Origin: a virus | Taxonomy: Duplodnaviria > Caudoviricetes | Reading direction: 5' to 3' (one strand) | IMG/VR virus record: IMGVR_UViG_3300042299_000619 | Span: 1 to 27,931 of that record | DNA length: 27,931 bases | Shown: in pieces, positions 26,475-27,931 of the stretch | Numbering within the stretch: the first letter of the stretch is position 1 | Layout: the number at the start of each line of letters is the position of its first letter | The notes under the pieces: generated by a model | Seen by the model: the letters and a program-made list of their open reading frames with translations, nothing else | Databases searched by the model: none | What the model was told of the DNA's origin: nothing | Made by a program: the position numbers and the translations under genes

Positions 26475-27925
26475 TATAATTGAATAATAATTTTTATTTG
26501 TTCAGTTTGAGATTCTGCACGAGTAACAGCTCTACGATTTTCAGTAAATAATACTTCACCTGTAAGAGGAGTGTATTCATTTCCAACTACTGATGTATAA
26601 ATAATTTCCGTGTTATTTTGTCCATATACAATATAACCAGCGGTCCCAGGTTTTATTAGTCCATAGCCAGTAGCGTCATTTTGATGAAAGTATATGCGAT
26701 GTTGTCCATCGACTAGAGCGTTTGCATCATAAAATGCTCGTGGAACATCGCTTCCAGAAAGTCCATTAAATGTTATTACGTCTCCAGTTGACAGTCCACC
26801 CAATGATGAGTTAGCAGGAATAACTAGATATCGACATGCTGCAATCGTATCGATTTCTTCATCTGTTTCTATTGTACTTGGCTGAATTTCGGGATTTTTA
26901 ATTACAGATATTTGACGATATGGAATATAAAGACCATCGTCAGAAATATTGCCTGCTGCAGAAACTGCAATCGAAACATACCAAGCAGGAAGTATGCTTG
27001 ATGGTTTGTATGCAAATCCTTCAATTGGTGAAATTTTAGGAGTTATTATCGCACCAGATCCTAAATCTGGTCCTTCTAAAGAAGAAAAATCAAAATGACC
27101 CCCCAATATAGATAAACTATCTTCATTATTATAATCCCAATTGGTTGGCAAACTTACAGATACTATCTTTTTTGTAACAGGATCAATTACAATTTGACAA
27201 GGGATTGATTCCGTGCTTTCATTTTCATAATTTGCAATAAATTGTATAGATGTTATTGCGGGATTATAATCGCTGCCTCCATTCATAACACTAAATCCAT
27301 ATAAAAGACCACCAGAATCATTTTGCGCAGACGTCGCTTCTGCGCCCTCAAGCGTATCACTATTTACTGTAATAAATTGATCAGTGTTGATTATTGTTGA
27401 ATCACTAAGATTTATTTTATCAACTAGTGCCCACACATAATTGTCTGAAGCTACGTATGCTCCATAACCAGGTTGTAACGGAGTGACTGTAGATAGACCA
27501 TTGCCAGTTAATCCTGCGCGCAAACACAAGTAAATATTTCCATTAACAACCGTATAGCATGGATTTAGCACTTCTCCACCAGTTCGCACCGCAGGATAAA
27601 AACAACTGTCATCAGTTGGATCATACTCCTTAAAATAAGAGTTTGTTTTATATTTAATATTTGGTATTACTAAACCAGCATCTGTATTGCGAACACGTAT
27701 AAGAGTAGTCAAATTAGACAATACTTCCCGCTCATCGTTTGGTGTTCCGATTGGTGTTGGAACAATAAATGATGATTCGTTTTCACCTAACCACCGATCA
27801 GATTTTCCAATTCCAACATAATATCCATTATTATCATTAATATTAATACTAGGTTCAGTCTTCAAGTCTGATAATAGAAGTGATGCGGTTCTTCTACGAA
27901 AATTTTCTGTTATTATTGCTGCCAT
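26474..27925 (-). CDS. gp8: Baseplate wedge subunit, T4 gp8-like
   Basis: 483 aa. MAAIITENFR, YYVGIGK..W, IYLCL, DNYVW, YRQISVIKNP and TGEVLFTENR...R...QTEQIKIIIQL match cyanophage-type gp8. Adjacent to DUF4815; its stop overlaps the next start (TAATG). Confidence 0.87.
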   Translation of the reverse strand: MAAIITENFRRRTASLLLSDLKTEPSININDNNGYYVGIGKSDRWLGENESSFIVPTPIGTPNDEREVLSNLTTLIRVRNTDAGLVIPNIKYKTNSYFKEYDPTDDSCFYPAVRTGGEVLNPCYTVVNGNIYLCLRAGLTGNGLSTVTPLQPGYGAYVASDNYVWALVDKINLSDSTIINTDQFITVNSDTLEGAEATSAQNDSGGLLYGFSVMNGGSDYNPAITSIQFIANYENESTESIPCQIVIDPVTKKIVSVSLPTNWDYNNEDSLSILGGHFDFSSLEGPDLGSGAIITPKISPIEGFAYKPSSILPAWYVSIAVSAAGNISDDGLYIPYRQISVIKNPEIQPSTIETDEEIDTIAACRYLVIPANSSLGGLSTGDVITFNGLSGSDVPRAFYDANALVDGQHRIYFHQNDATGYGLIKPGTAGYIVYGQNNTEIIYTSVVGNEYTPLTGEVLFTENRRAVTRAESQTEQIKIIIQL

Positions 27926-27931
27926 ATAGTG

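Overview
The window is a gene-dense, AT-rich block from the tail/baseplate region of a T4-like (Tevenvirinae/Kyanoviridae-style) myophage. All 15 credible genes lie on the minus strand. In transcription order: baseplate wedge gp8-like (483 aa), a DUF4815/VrlC-like virion protein (1955 aa), a small coiled-coil protein (79 aa), then about 20 kb of receptor-binding and fibre genes. These are a tail-collar + RCC1-like propeller protein with a second propeller nested inside it (1363 aa), three paralogous beta-helix tailspike candidates with different N-termini (607, 781, 439 aa), an adaptor-like protein (118 aa), a beta-propeller (456 aa), an LRR protein (352 aa), a small acidic protein (92 aa), a long fibre (855 aa), a double beta-propeller (793 aa), a fibre with a peptidase S74 chaperone (789 aa), and a truncated gene missing from the ORF track (1..270). 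T4 late promoters (TATAAATA) sit 5-7 nt before start codons and I see no Shine-Dalgarno motifs. Four features stand out: recurring adaptor + tip-adhesin gene pairs, a PKD-like domain apparently split in-frame across two genes at a late promoter, a 14-bp direct repeat exactly bounding one tailspike gene, and recently amplified propeller-blade repeats. All family assignments come from motif recognition by eye, not database searches.
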